Made by a program: the position numbers and the translations under genes. The notes beneath the pieces are model-generated. The model saw nothing but the letters and a program-made list of their open reading frames with translations, was not told the origin of the DNA and made no database searches. From Asterionella formosa (Eukaryota), in contig NKIB01009122.1 of assembly GCA_002256025.1 (NCBI GenBank), positions 1 through 64,000 on the forward strand: a stretch of 64,000 bases of DNA. The letters are read 5' to 3'. Position 1 is the first letter of the stretch, and the number at the start of each line of letters is the position of its first letter. Shown piece by piece: positions 24,612 through 36,811 of the stretch.

Positions 24612-26600
24612 ATGAAAATCAAAATTGGTGGACCTCTAGCTAAGATGCCTTTTTGTCCCCCTACAACAACCACTTCACCAATTGAACTAGCAATCACATC
24701 GTCACCAATTAAAACAGACTGCTCTCAACTGAACATGAATCATATAATCGACTATAATATATTGTCGAAATTTTTGCAGGAAGATATGTATTGCAAAAGT
24801 TGTGTTAATAAATTTGTAAAAGAATATTGCAAACAATCACTTCGTGACTTTGTAACTTACTTTACATCAAATAGACAACAAAAGCTGTCCATTGAACAGC
24901 AATGTGAATCATTTCTGGAGCAGGATGTGTTTGACTTTCCGATTTCAACAATGAAACAACCGTTGATAATTGTCTCTACCAAAAATTACGGCTTCTTGGC
25001 AAGCGAATTCAAAGTCTCTTGTTTGACCTGTCAGAAACTGATTTCTAAACTCGACCCTGCAAGAAGCAACAGCAATGGAGACAGAAATGATGAGATAAGA
25101 AATAACGCAATAGAAGCCAAACAGTTTATTTTGGGTTGTCGCGAAGCCAGAATGGGACCAACAGATGCAGATATCATCTGCTCCGCAAAGAATCTTCCAC
25201 TTACCATTGGATTTTGGTCTACGCAAGGTAACTTTGGTGCAGTAGAGGAACTGGTAGGAAACGCTGAAAGTTACTGCAACCGCTCTTACAATGAAAGAGG
25301 CGTGTCAGGAGGAAATATATCTGACACTCAATGTGCATGAACGAGGAGACTGGGCTGACAATGGACGTGATTTTCAGTGGTGGAACAGTCTGACTGGTAC
25401 GGATTGCTTGTTGTCTGTACTGAATATGCCTCGACTCACTGTTAGTTACGATATGCGCTGGCAGCAGCGGTCCAGTGGGAATAAGTACAACTCTGTAAGT
25501 GGACATGCTTTTTGTATTGGCGGCTACACGAAAAAGATACTAGACTACAGAGTGAAATCTAAGGTCTGTAATGTGTGCAACAGGGCTATATGGTACAAGA
25601 AACCAATCAAGGAACATGTTTGTCCCAAGAATCATGTAACTGGTAGTTCGAAAGCAATGGAACCAGATGCTGGTGGAAATGATGATTGATGCAGTAATGA
25701 AAAACAATGTTATCTACTCTACAATCATCTGTGATGATGATTCTAGCCACTATTCGAGCTGTAACTCAGTGGTCCTATAAGGAGTTATTGAAGCTACAGT
25801 CATCCTTCCAATGGCCTAGAACTTGAAAGGATTAAAAAAATCGGACAAGGGATGCCTTCCACTGACTGTACCCAAACCTACATTTCTGTCTGACCCATCC
25901 CACAGAGTACGGGTCCTTCTCCAGCCACCCAGCTTTTATGAAATCCAATGGCCCAGTCTCAAGATTGTCTCCGGTTGAAAGTTTACTATGGCGCTTGGAT
26001 TAAAAAAACCGAAACCTCTTGCTGACCGAATTTAGGATTTCCTCCAAGGCACCAATCAACTATTTATTTGGCTGCCACGATTACTGCTCTGAGACATGGT
26101 TCCCTGTGAAAGTAGGAAAAATGGTTAGTATTAATGGAAAATATCATGACATGTTGCAAAGAATGTCGAAGGCGAAAAGCTACTATCATTGCATCATCCC
26201 TTTGACACGCAGATTAATGAGGCAATGAACAATGCAGTGTCGTGACGATGTCCAAAAAACAAGGTGTTTGCGGGATCTGGAGGCCTTCAATATCGAGTGG
26301 CTTCGGTTGCTGGGCAACATCAGCTACCTACTACTGTGGATATTGTACCGGCCAACACCCAAGAAAATGTTACATGTGCATCCAGTGTGGCCAACTTGGG
26401 TTTGCAAGACCGCGCAAACCATGCCAATAAATTGTCAGTACTAAGTAATTGAACTTGTCCAATCAAAATATTTATAGTGAAGCGTGCACTTAGAATGGAT
26501 TTTTTTGTACAGGCGATTGTAGGCCGAAAAATCTAATCACAAGACTCTTATTCCGATGATGACGTTTCTGCGATTAGTGATTCTAATTCTGACGTTTTGG
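24612..26600 (+). pseudogene. Kolobok (Mutator-like domain) DDE transposase with multiple frameshifts
   Basis: LTVSYDMRWQQRSSGNKYNSVSGH...ILDYRVKSKVCNVC...HVCPKNHVTGSSKAMEPDA, then YSTIICDDDSS and FLSDPSHRVRVL; 3' end approximate. Confidence 0.85.
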
Positions 26601-27587
26601 TGACCGTTGAAAAGGCCGATATTGTCGAATTTTTGGACGACAATAGCTCAACGTTGGCAGGGTTTGAAGAAGAGTTAAGTACATAACTATGCCAAATAAA
26701 CGAGTTGGCCCGGTAAAATCCACTATTTTCAGCATAGTTAAAAAACCGAAGCTCCTTTCTGCAGTTTCTCGCCAGATCCTACTATGATATCCTGACGATA
26801 TACAGCGTTGACCTATACCCCTAATTTGTCAGAAGACTGTATCTAAGCATATGGAAAGGGTGTATATTGGTGAAAGCTCCGTTTAGCGATATACATTTAC
26901 ATTTTTGGCGTAAGAAGTGTGAGTTTGACTACTCTGACTCAATACTATTTTTTTAACCCTAACTCGAGCTAGGGGTTCAAATGCAGGAACCTTAAACGAA
27001 TTCTAATAAAATTTTGTCTTGTGTTTTCTTAGCAAATAAATTTTGTTTTATCATGCCAATCGAGCAACGGAAAATGAGGGGTTGATCACTGTCATTTTTC
27101 AACGTTAAACTTCTTCATCTCTCAGGGAATCTTGGCAGCATTCCAGACTTGAACCAAGAGATGAAGAAATCGAAAATCACAAATCACAACAATTTCATAA
27201 TTTCAGAGATTTGTCATTGATATGTTCCTACATAGAAGCAACCTTCATAGTAGATTTCATTCTCCTTCTGAGAACAACATGGTAAAGCTAGTACTACAAA
27301 CACAGTGTACAAACACCATGAATCATCACACCTCACCTGTAGTATCATCATTCTTTTTACGCTTTTTAACTGAGTTTAAAGGCAAGCGTAAGATGCGCAA
27401 TTCAGACCAATGGTGATATTAATAGATTTGACACTTTCATCACAGTATGCAACACTCTACACTACAGTAATCTCTAGGTCAAACCAAATTTTGTTTGATT
27501 CTCTCTCTATTTGAATAATATCAATAAATAGTCCATTGAAATGTTCAAAATGACTCTTTTGTTTATGATTACTGATCCAGCCAGTTT

Positions 27588-28091
27588 GCGGCTTTAGTCG
27601 CTTTGCCTATGACTTCCACTCTTTCTCAACTTGAGTTTGTGCGTGATATACAGAAATTTCAATAGTAGCTAGTAGGAGAAGCTGGGTGATGATGGGTGTG
27701 ATTTCTATAAATGGACAACCTTTGCTGGAGTATAGATCTAAAGTTATTCTTCTTTTGGTTTCTGAGCTTGCTTTCAAAGTCAGCACTGCTCAAAGCGGAC
27801 TTCTGTTTTGATCAAGAAGGGTGTTTTCAATGTCACCGGTTTTGGCAAAAGAATGTGCTCTTATTCTTTTCCACTGCCGGGGTATATATCCATTTGTGCG
27901 TGTGGCTATGCAAATGCAGTTGCTCCCTCGATCCCATCCCATCCCAGGCTACAGCGGCTTTTGCCGCTTTGCCTAGAACTCCCACTCTTACTCAACTTGT
28001 TGAGTGTGGGATATACAGGAAATTTAGGTAGTAGTAGGAGAAGCTAGTTGATGGTGGTGGTAATGGCGGATTTCCTAGGAATTTCGACACC
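27588..28091 (+). repeat. Diverged direct repeat of ~130 bp (27588-27720 and 27954-28091)
   Basis: gcggcttt.g.cgctttgccta..act.ccactctt.ctcaacttg...gatatacag.aaattt...tagtaggagaagct in both copies. Confidence 0.75.
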
Positions 28092-28514
28092 TTGGTACCA
28101 CCTTACTCAGAGTCTGAAGGCTGGATTTGTCCTATACACTAGGCGAGACAGAGTGTGTGGCCCTGCTCGTTAGGGGGCATTTGAGTTGGGTTGATTTAGG
28201 AAGGCGTTGGAGATGTCCCAGCCAGGGATCAAAGTGTACTAGGTGCCGCTAGCTACCATTTGGCGGGCGAGGTCTTTCATCTGTGCCTGTAGTTGGAGGT
28301 AGCTCAACATTTCGTCAGAGCGCCAGCGGCCAGCCAACAAGGCGGAGCGATGCGAATGGTGTCTATTACATGGGAACACAGGATTGCATTCGTTACAAGT
28401 TGTATGATGCAATCATATCAAATGCAGAAACTGGCCATCACCACAGACAAAAGTAGCAACAACCCGAGCGCATGTGTGCTGAAATGTAGTACAAAGCATG
28501 GGTTTGAGCCCCCT

Positions 28515-29320
28515 TTTAACTTTGGTATTGTGCCATTGACATTTTAGGAAGTACAACGGATCCATTTGGTGGAAATCCAACTGGTAATGTCAACAATTTT
28601 TCAACAATACTATTTTTGATGCTGAGATTGATTCAATCCTAAATTTATTGGAGTCTATCGCAGCATCTGCTACTTTGGACACCCATTGGTCTAATCTCCT
28701 TCTCAACTGATGTATGTTACCATGGAAGGTATTCTCTGCTCAACACCATGAATCGCACCAAAATCAATGGAGACCTCAAGAATAAGCTGATATCATTAAG
28801 GGCTGCATGCTGAACTAGCTTTGAAGATGCCTTAGACAAGGCTGTTAATTACTTCAAGGCAGCATCCAAAAATAGACGAAACAAACTTCTATTATTCTTA
28901 TCCGACGGAATTCTGAATGTTGAGGGTGATGGCGATGGAGAAAAATCAGTTTCCATCATCCCAAAAGACAATCAAGGAAGTGCTCATCATTGCACCAGTG
29001 AGTTTGCTTTATTAGGCACCTTGGGGGTTGTATACAAATTGTCATTGGTATTGTTTTGAGCAGTGAATAAGGGTAGTGCTTTGTAGCTATGTAATTGACA
29101 GCACAGTTGATGAATTGACTGGAACATGCTGAGCTCAGCAAGTCACAACTTCAGATGCCCTCACAGATATCCTCCTCCACAACCCTGTTGTTGGGGCTTT
29201 AATTGATTTGAAGATCATATTCAAGCCAATGATGTAATTCAACCCATTATTTATCTTGTTTCTCAAATTTCTGCTGGTCCTACTGGATACAATTATGGAA
29301 CATATTTTGTATCTGTAACT
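28515..29320 (+). pseudogene. von Willebrand factor A domain gene remnant
   Basis: Frameshifted peptides AIDILGSTTDPFGGNPTGNVN (decayed MIDAS DxSGS), DAEIDSILNLLESI, TSFEDALDKAVNYF...LLLFLSDG; boundaries approximate. Confidence 0.7.
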
Positions 29321-30632
29321 CTTTTGTCAGGTTCAGTTCAAGTGTGCGTATTTCGTCGTCTTCTTATTTATGTTGCTTGTCTCAATACAGTAGTTACCTA
29401 AGGTGTGATCACAGATATTAGGGAGGTATGGGAAACTCCGTACTTTCTCGGTATGTAGAAAATTCCTCATCTGTGCATATCATGCACAGACCTTGCTGTT
29501 TATTTTCCAAATACCAAGCAAAATTCTAGTTGCGCATTCTTCTGCAAACCTTGCATACTTCTTGTATATTACGTGTGAATATCATGTTGTCATAGACAAT
29601 TTGAGCTCTACCAAGGCATTAAACATCCAGGGACAATATGAACATTGCTTCCAATGCATGGCAAGAAATCGTGTACCTGATAGTATCAGAATGAGAGACT
29701 TCGAACAAAACGACCGCAAAAGTACGCAAAAAACCGGAATTTTGCAAAAGACTGCAAAATAACTAGAAAACCCGGATATACGACGGTTATTTTGCGGTAT
29801 TTTGCGAACATCGCATTCTTTGGTGTTTTTTCGGAAAACGTTATAGAGGTTGATTTTAGATGAAACACAGTTTTTGTATGGGACATTCCATACTTGTTCG
29901 GAGTATCCATCAACTCCCATTTGATCAACTCGCTCAGTTTGCAAACAAACAAGAAAAAATAACGAGATGAAGAAAAACAATCGTTGCTGTTCACAATTCA
30001 ATTCAATTCGAATGGCAAGAGAAACGATTTGGGTTCAAACCTGATCAGTGAAGGAAAAGGACAAGAGAGATCAAGGAAGGCATTAAACGATTGAGGAGAT
30101 GAGAGAAAGTTTGACTGATAACTGACCTGACAAAATCTAAAGGAGATTGGAAGAGGGTTTTGTTAAAAGAGTGATTAATGTACCAGTAGAGAATGAATAT
30201 TTAGATAGTAAACAAGAAAGAAAGTGATTCGAGGAGGTCATCCAAACAATCAGACAAACAGACAAATACTGATATGTCATATGTAGTTTACCGGTACATG
30301 GTGATTTACAACACAGACATGTGCACAGAGGTTGATACCAATGTGATATGGGCAATACTTCTTTCTGCCTACCGGTAGTTACATACCAGTATGTAAAACG
30401 GAAAACCGGTTGATGTTCTTAAGTGATCCAGATATTGAGAAACCATTCGTACCAAATACGACGATCCACTGACGAACAACGAGGAACACAGCTTTTCTGA
30501 CTCAGCTGTACCAACGTGTCCAACGTGCTCACAATTTCAATCGCAACCACGCAAGGAAAAACCAGCGACGCGCATATAAGCTTTGTCATCCATTATATGC
30601 AATCATATAAACGCTAATAAACAAAAGCAACA

Positions 30633-31151
30633 ATGCCACCCCTTAACGCTACTATCGAGCCGTCTTCCTTTGAGTCTGATTACTCTGGTCATTCGACCAT
30701 GACATCCGATCAACCAAAGAAGACATTGGTGAAATTCTCGAGCGTCACCGTGCGCGAATACGATCGCATTGTTGGCGATCACCCTGATTGTAAGGTTGGC
30801 CCTCCTATAACAATTGGTTGGGAATACACAGAAAAATCACCGAGAGAACTTGACGACTATGAATCTAGTCATACTAGGCGAAACATCATTCGATTATCAA
30901 GCATCACAAGAAAGAATATTCTACACAATGTCTTTGGCATCCCGGAAGAAGAGATTCGCTTGGCAGAGAAGGAAGTTCAAAAAATTATGAAACAAAGAAC
31001 AAATTCTAAGAATCAAACCAAAGCTAGTGAAAAAACAGAAGCTTTTGTCCAGTCAGCGAAGCGAAAGTTGAGGCGTGCCTTGTCAACGAAGAGCCTATTG
31101 AATGCGTTTATTCAAAGCCAGAAGAACATGTTTCCAATGGTTGTCCAATAA
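30633..31151 (+). CDS. Hypothetical protein, 172 aa, diatom-type family with a V.F..V.VREY..IVGDHP....GPPITIGW.Y motif
   Basis: Clean ATG ORF with an A-rich start context; motif VKFSSVTVREYDRIVGDHPDCKVGPPITIGWEY. Confidence 0.85.
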   Translation: MPPLNATIEPSSFESDYSGHSTMTSDQPKKTLVKFSSVTVREYDRIVGDHPDCKVGPPITIGWEYTEKSPRELDDYESSHTRRNIIRLSSITRKNILHNVFGIPEEEIRLAEKEVQKIMKQRTNSKNQTKASEKTEAFVQSAKRKLRRALSTKSLLNAFIQSQKNMFPMVVQ

Positions 31152-31409
31152 GATAAGTCGTCCTACAAGGGGTACATCTATTATAGAATTTTTAAATAGA
31201 AATAAAGAATTGATTTTCTCCGCTCTTGTCAATTTCAAACACGTTACGAAAAAGTTTTGATTTGCAGCTTCATATAAAACCAATGGAATCTGTACATTTT
31301 GTGGCACAAGGTTTTTCGAATTCGTCATGTGGTGCGCAATTCCATTCAACGTCAACTCCAACATTTGTTGTAGCTGGTACCAAGTTGAAGCTGGGTAGCC
31401 GAATTGTAA

Positions 31410-33098
31410 TCCGTTCTCCATCGGAGCGGCAATATTGAGTCAGGGATTGTTTGATTTAAATTATAAGGGTCGTGGTCAGAATAAAGGATTGCTGATCTCG
31501 GGACCCCACGAAGCTTTCTGATGACTTTATGCTCTTGAAGGCTTTTTGAGTAGACAAGGATCATATAGACTGTCACTGCTTCATCGATTCCAAGCAATGC
31601 ACAAGGGTACCAACAACAACTTGTTGTCCTTAATTCGAAGTTTCATATGATCTCTCGAGTTCTCGAAGAAGACCTTTGGATTGGACCTGTATTCTTCCTC
31701 GTCACTCCTCGGTTGCGCAAGGCTCGAGTTTAGTTTCATAGCTATGGCGAACCATCATTCGCGGGTCATCGGACAGCATGATAGTTTTGCTTCTTTTGTT
31801 TACAGTGCTTGATGGTATGTATGTGCGCCATGATTCAGGTGGTTTCCATTTATTAATGTTTGCCAATAACGCGTTCTCTGCCTGGTTGAATATCTTTAGT
31901 CGCGACAAAATCGAATGATTTTTGTGACGGCTATAAACCTTCATCTCTTCAAGAACTTCCTGATGATTTTCCACATTGGCATTGATCCTGCTGCCCATCG
32001 GATTTCGTTTGTGCCTTGTGAGTTGTGATTGATCAATACAGCGCGCGCCGATAGACAGAGCAGAATTTGTGATTGTCTATGACCGAAGCAGTATTTTAAC
32101 CGCAATTGTTGAGTTGAATTAATCTGCGAGTTAGTTAATCTCAGGGATGATTTATTCATGATTTGCATCAAGGGTGCAGGGAAAGCAACTGTTCCACTTG
32201 TCAAGAATCTGGTCGAGAAAGCTCTACGTCCAAATTCGGCTAGAGTGCTCACTCCTTCTTTGGTATTGTCGAGAAACTTTCCATTTAGTTTCAGCTACTT
32301 CAAGCTTCGCTCCAATAGATCCATCATACCCATCGTAACCTCCTTGGCCCTCATCAAGAAATGCAAGTCAAGGGGAAATAGGCTTGCAGCATAGGCTCAC
32401 TCTTCATAAGTTCAGTTCGCATATGATCCAATAAGTCAATTCACTGCTCTTCGCTGAGATCAGGAAGTTTTGTCGGTAAATCAAGAGTTCTTCAACAATT
32501 GAGTTTGCTCTGGTATAGTGGACATGTTGAGGAAGGGCTGAAATGCTGACCCAATCCTGATTCGACTCAAGAAACAGTTCATCACCGGCAGATATGCGCT
32601 AGCATGCAATAAAGTAAAGACATGATAGGAAGTAATCCTATCGGTCATGGGATCGTTTGTCCTTCTAGAGTGCGACGGTTGATTTTAAAAAACAGCGGCT
32701 CAAGGGCATCCAAGGGATCAATTTTACTTTATTCGCTTCGCTAAATGCTCCGACAGTCGCTATTTGCCAGCGAAGACCTGTAAGCGCGCCAATGGCTTTG
32801 ATGGATTCCGGCATTTTGAACCCTGCAGATGCAATTAATTACATTGCACATCTTTGCATCACGATGGCCCAACCACATCAAATCATTAATGTCTCACCCC
32901 TCGGTTGCTGGGATATAAGTCCCTTCCAGCAAAGACACCCCAGCCGGCATTCTGGATAGACCTTTCGGCCGGCCATATGCACTCCTCACGACTGCTCGTC
33001 GGAATTACCAATGCTGGCTTGTGCATTTCCGATGAAGGCAAGCTAAACAACAACCTTGAATGCCACTGTGCTCGTGCATAGCGCCGAGGATGGACCAC
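31410..33098 (-). pseudogene. Degraded diatom-type SET-domain family gene
   Basis: Collinear fragments ECIWPAERSIQNAGWGVFAGRD, QLRLKYCFGHRQSQILLCL...LINH, GVPRSAILYSD..PY and IPDSILPLRW, broken by many stops and frameshifts. Confidence 0.7.
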
Positions 33099-33529
33099 AT
33101 TCTATGGATCGTCCACAGTAGCTTTGCGGTAAGAGTTAGCAATGTGTACCGGTAATTGATAGGAATCCTAGTATCTAGGACCATACCAGCAGGCTTGTAC
33201 TGGCAACAAATTTTCTCACGAATGAATGGATGATGGCAAGCAAAATGATCACCGGTACCGATATACCGCACTTAGAACAAACCCGGGGACATCCGCTGAT
33301 AACCTGACAATTTATGGAACATACAGCTATCGGTACTGGTAAGCGGGCGCGTCAACGAAGAGCGAAAGCACGGTACCTGGTACCTGGTAGTCAAAAATTT
33401 CAATTCCCACCAGTCTTGAGCATGTGATGTCTTCACTGCGCGTATCGGTATCACTTTTCGTTAAATATTTTCTGATCCATCACATCACCTGTTGTCACCC
33501 CGTCCAAACGCATTGTCATTGTTCAGATC

Positions 33530-34273
33530 ATGTCTCAGCTTCTCTCGCTACTAATTCTTTCCCTTTGTTTTTCTTGTTGCTCTGCTTCACCTTTCTTGCC
33601 AATAATACAGCATGCACGGAAACAGTTTCTGCCATTCCCTGAGAATCTTTCACGGCAGCAGCTAACGAAACAACGACCTCGTATGCGCGGTTCTCCATAC
33701 ACAGCCTTTGCTGATCCAACCGAATTCTTCGCTGCTATCGGCACCTTTTACAAAAACTCTCCTCTTGCTTCTGCCTTTGTGACCTGTGCTATCAAGGGTT
33801 CCGCCGCTGACTTTGTAGCCCAATCCAAGACTCAGCGAGTTTCACATGACGGATCCATCGGTTTGGCCCCAATGCAGTTTCAACTGAAACGGAATCTGGC
33901 CTTCTTGCTTTACGGTGGAATTTATCAAGGTTTAGGCTTTGAGTTTTTATACAATATGTTGTTTCCAAGGTTGTTTGGCGATTCAATAGCGAAAAAAGTC
34001 TTTGCCAGCATGTTTGTTTTGACGCCCTGTGTGACCCTGCCACTTGCCTATCTCTTTAAGGCCATAGTTCTTCAAGATTCTTTGCAAAACGCGTTAAATC
34101 AATACAAAAGTGATGTCATGGAAAAGGGCTTGCTCACGAAGTATTGGCTCATGTGGATACCCTTGCAGACGCTCAGTTTTGCGGTTGTCCCTCAGCATTT
34201 CCGGATTTCATTCATTGCGGCATTTTCTTTCTTTTGGATGATACTATTTTCAATAATTTCATCCAGAAACTAA
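33530..34273 (+). CDS. Mpv17/PMP22 family membrane protein with N-terminal signal peptide (possible organellar targeting)
   Basis: SAFVTCAIKGSAADFVAQ, RNLAFLLYGGIYQG, YWLMWIPLQTLSFAVVPQHFRISFIAAFSFFWMILFS. Confidence 0.9.
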   Translation: MSQLLSLLILSLCFSCCSASPFLPIIQHARKQFLPFPENLSRQQLTKQRPRMRGSPYTAFADPTEFFAAIGTFYKNSPLASAFVTCAIKGSAADFVAQSKTQRVSHDGSIGLAPMQFQLKRNLAFLLYGGIYQGLGFEFLYNMLFPRLFGDSIAKKVFASMFVLTPCVTLPLAYLFKAIVLQDSLQNALNQYKSDVMEKGLLTKYWLMWIPLQTLSFAVVPQHFRISFIAAFSFFWMILFSIISSRN

Positions 34274-34682
34274 GCATGAGCATCTGATTGACATACTGGC
34301 TGGTGTCGGATTTTTCACTTTTATCAAGAAAACGATGTGCCCTTGTGTGAATCTACTTTCCTGAAGGTCGCCATTCATCTGTAAGTAGGCAACAGAAAGT
34401 ACGAGGTACAGTTAGCAATACTAAAATATAATACCGGTAAAATAGTCTTCATAGTACCAAGCTAATCTTTATTTCCAGTAATTAATGGCTTAATACTTGT
34501 GGTAGAGTACCAAAGCCTATTGTTAGACACTTTGCTAATAATCATTTTGTTTTGTAGATCTCAGCTTTGACTTGTTTTGATGGAAATCACATAACTTATT
34601 TTCTGAAACCATTCTGGTTTGATTTCGCCTTTTTTCGCCTTCCGGATTGGGCTTGCCGCTATTCCATGAGTCGTGAAAACAA

Positions 34683-35003
34683 CTATGTGCTGATTTCATC
34701 ATCTACCTCAATATCTTTCATCATGATTGGAGGAACGACACATACAACATCCAAATGGCACTTCATGCCATATTCTTCACAGTCCATATGCTCTTCGTCC
34801 TTGTCCACTTCACCGTCGCAACGCTCGTAGCAATCCAATGTGCCTGCCTTCCCTGTTGAACGCATACAATCAGGGACCTTCTGGCAAAAGTGTTGGACTT
34901 CAGCAATACTCGCATCTTCAAAGTAGCAAACACCCATCGGCACAGGTATTTGAGCCTGTGTGGTAGCGATAACGACGACAACGATAATGAGAGAGCGGAG
35001 CAT
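34683..35003 (-). CDS. Small secreted cysteine-rich protein (106 aa, 8 Cys, acidic tail)
   Basis: Signal-peptide-like MLRSLIIVVVVIATTQA, an even number of Cys, intact ORF, taccggtac tract just upstream. Confidence 0.7.
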   Translation of the reverse strand: MLRSLIIVVVVIATTQAQIPVPMGVCYFEDASIAEVQHFCQKVPDCMRSTGKAGTLDCYERCDGEVDKDEEHMDCEEYGMKCHLDVVCVVPPIMMKDIEVDDEIST

Positions 35004-36811
35004 TCTTCGGAATGTTTCGAGTCATCAATTAAGTACCGGTACGGTATTGATGTGACTGAAACGCTGAATCATCCCCTTGCATTTTGGAAACAATATTTAG
35101 TAGCAGGTAGCAGGGAAAAACTCCTCTGACCCACTGAGTTCTCCTATTCGTTTGATTAGTTCGACTAAACCTATTCCATGCTGGGTGAGAATCAAACATG
35201 CAGCAACTGTTAATCAAAGGTGTCAGCAGGTTGTGGATCTGTTGTTATTTTCATTGAAGGTTGAGGTGCTGACACTGAGATACAAACCCTTTTATGTGAA
35301 CATAATTTGCTGGTGATGGGTCACAGCAGTACTTGAAACCCTTCTCCTTTTCCAAATCGCTTGGTATCCATTATGTATGGCAACAAGCAACTTTATCTTC
35401 AAGTTTGTAAGCCATGGCACCTCAAATGTTGCCATCTTCATTTTCTATTGGATAAGTCTTCGAGTGGCTGATATTCTCCTCTCTTTCTTTCTACTGATTG
35501 ATTATAATTGTCTCTACATGGAACCCTTTGTTGTTTTTTAGTTGTTGCTATTGAGTGTTATTTATACTCTCTAGCTACAGAGTGAATTTTTGTTGTAGTT
35601 CACTAACTGTACCAGCCTGTGGGCCTCATCACTGCTTTTGTTTTCTGATATCTTCCGCAGACATGTGTATCAATACCGAAAATGGAATTCTTTTCTGTAG
35701 TTTGGTCAGATACGCCTTTGTTACCAGCAGACGAATCTCCACTCTGATCAATGCCGACTCTTTTCTTGAGCTTGACACCTGCGACTTTGTCCTTGACACT
35801 GCCGACTTTTTTTTCGCCTTGTCGTCCTTCTCTGTAGCTTGGGCAAACATGCACGCCGTTGCTTCGCAAATAATAACTTTCTTACTTTGCTGGTTCGGTT
35901 GAGCAGAATGGGTCCTGATAAACTATTAAAGGAAAGCGATCAGGGGAGTACACCTACCCAGAGAACATCACAACTGTTACAATACAGTCCTTGAAAGTGC
36001 TGGATAAAACAGGATAATTTGTAAATCATATCCTATATTATGACTGATGTTTATCTAATTGCAACCAATGATATTCCCTTCACATTTGTGGTCTGACCAG
36101 CTGAATGGTGACATGGTGCAAATTCTGTGGTCAGCTGAATGGTCTATAGGTTGTCTGTAATAATGGATCTATGATAACTTCTTGTGTAATAGCTGTTTTT
36201 CCTTCATCAAAAAATTTAGTAGTACTAGTAGATGTGTATTCAGGAATGTGGAGACTACATTTTATCGGTTATCTATCTTCGCTCAACTTCAGTGCCCTAA
36301 CTATAACTATTATTTCGGCAGAAGCAGTTTTGCTCTTTGTCACCTAGCTAACTACCAGTAGGTGACTGCCTCCTGATACCAGGGGATCCAACAAACTCTA
36401 GCACATTAGAGTACCAACCGGCACATATGTATTCTCAAATGCACAGCACAGAATCAGGAGTGCCACTTAAATGGTTAACTTTAATAGGCAAAGCACCGAA
36501 GGTTTTCTACACACGAAATTAGAATGAAAAATTACTAGATTCGTTGATGCTATCATCCTGTGGGTATCCAAGTACAAAGCAACACATAATTTTGTTTAAA
36601 GCTTATGGCGAGGATAAATGCATCTAAAGCACAATTCTGTCCTTCGATCTGGACTGGACCAGCTTGGTGGGCTGTTTACTACCGCACGCGTTGGTATTTT
36701 ATTTATTTGATGTTACCTTCCACAATCGACACGCGCAAGGAAACCAAATGATTTGGTGAAGGTCCTTGCAAGTTGAATCTACTTAGACATGTTGAACTTT
36801 GGCCTACTCCT

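Larger units (their letters stand above)
23580..26991 (+). mobile_element. Kolobok-type DNA transposon (~3.4 kb), decayed
   Basis: Perfect 21-bp TIR ttcctgcatttgaacccctag (23582-23602 / rc 26969-26989). TTAA on both flanks (23576-23579, 26992-26995). The right end reads CC|TTAA. Two internal ORFs. Confidence 0.85.

Noticed and set aside
35200..36300. Gene on the minus strand (Lys-rich fragments 35603-35869)
   Set aside because: Fragmented and CpG-poor with no recognisable motif; probably TE debris but unassignable
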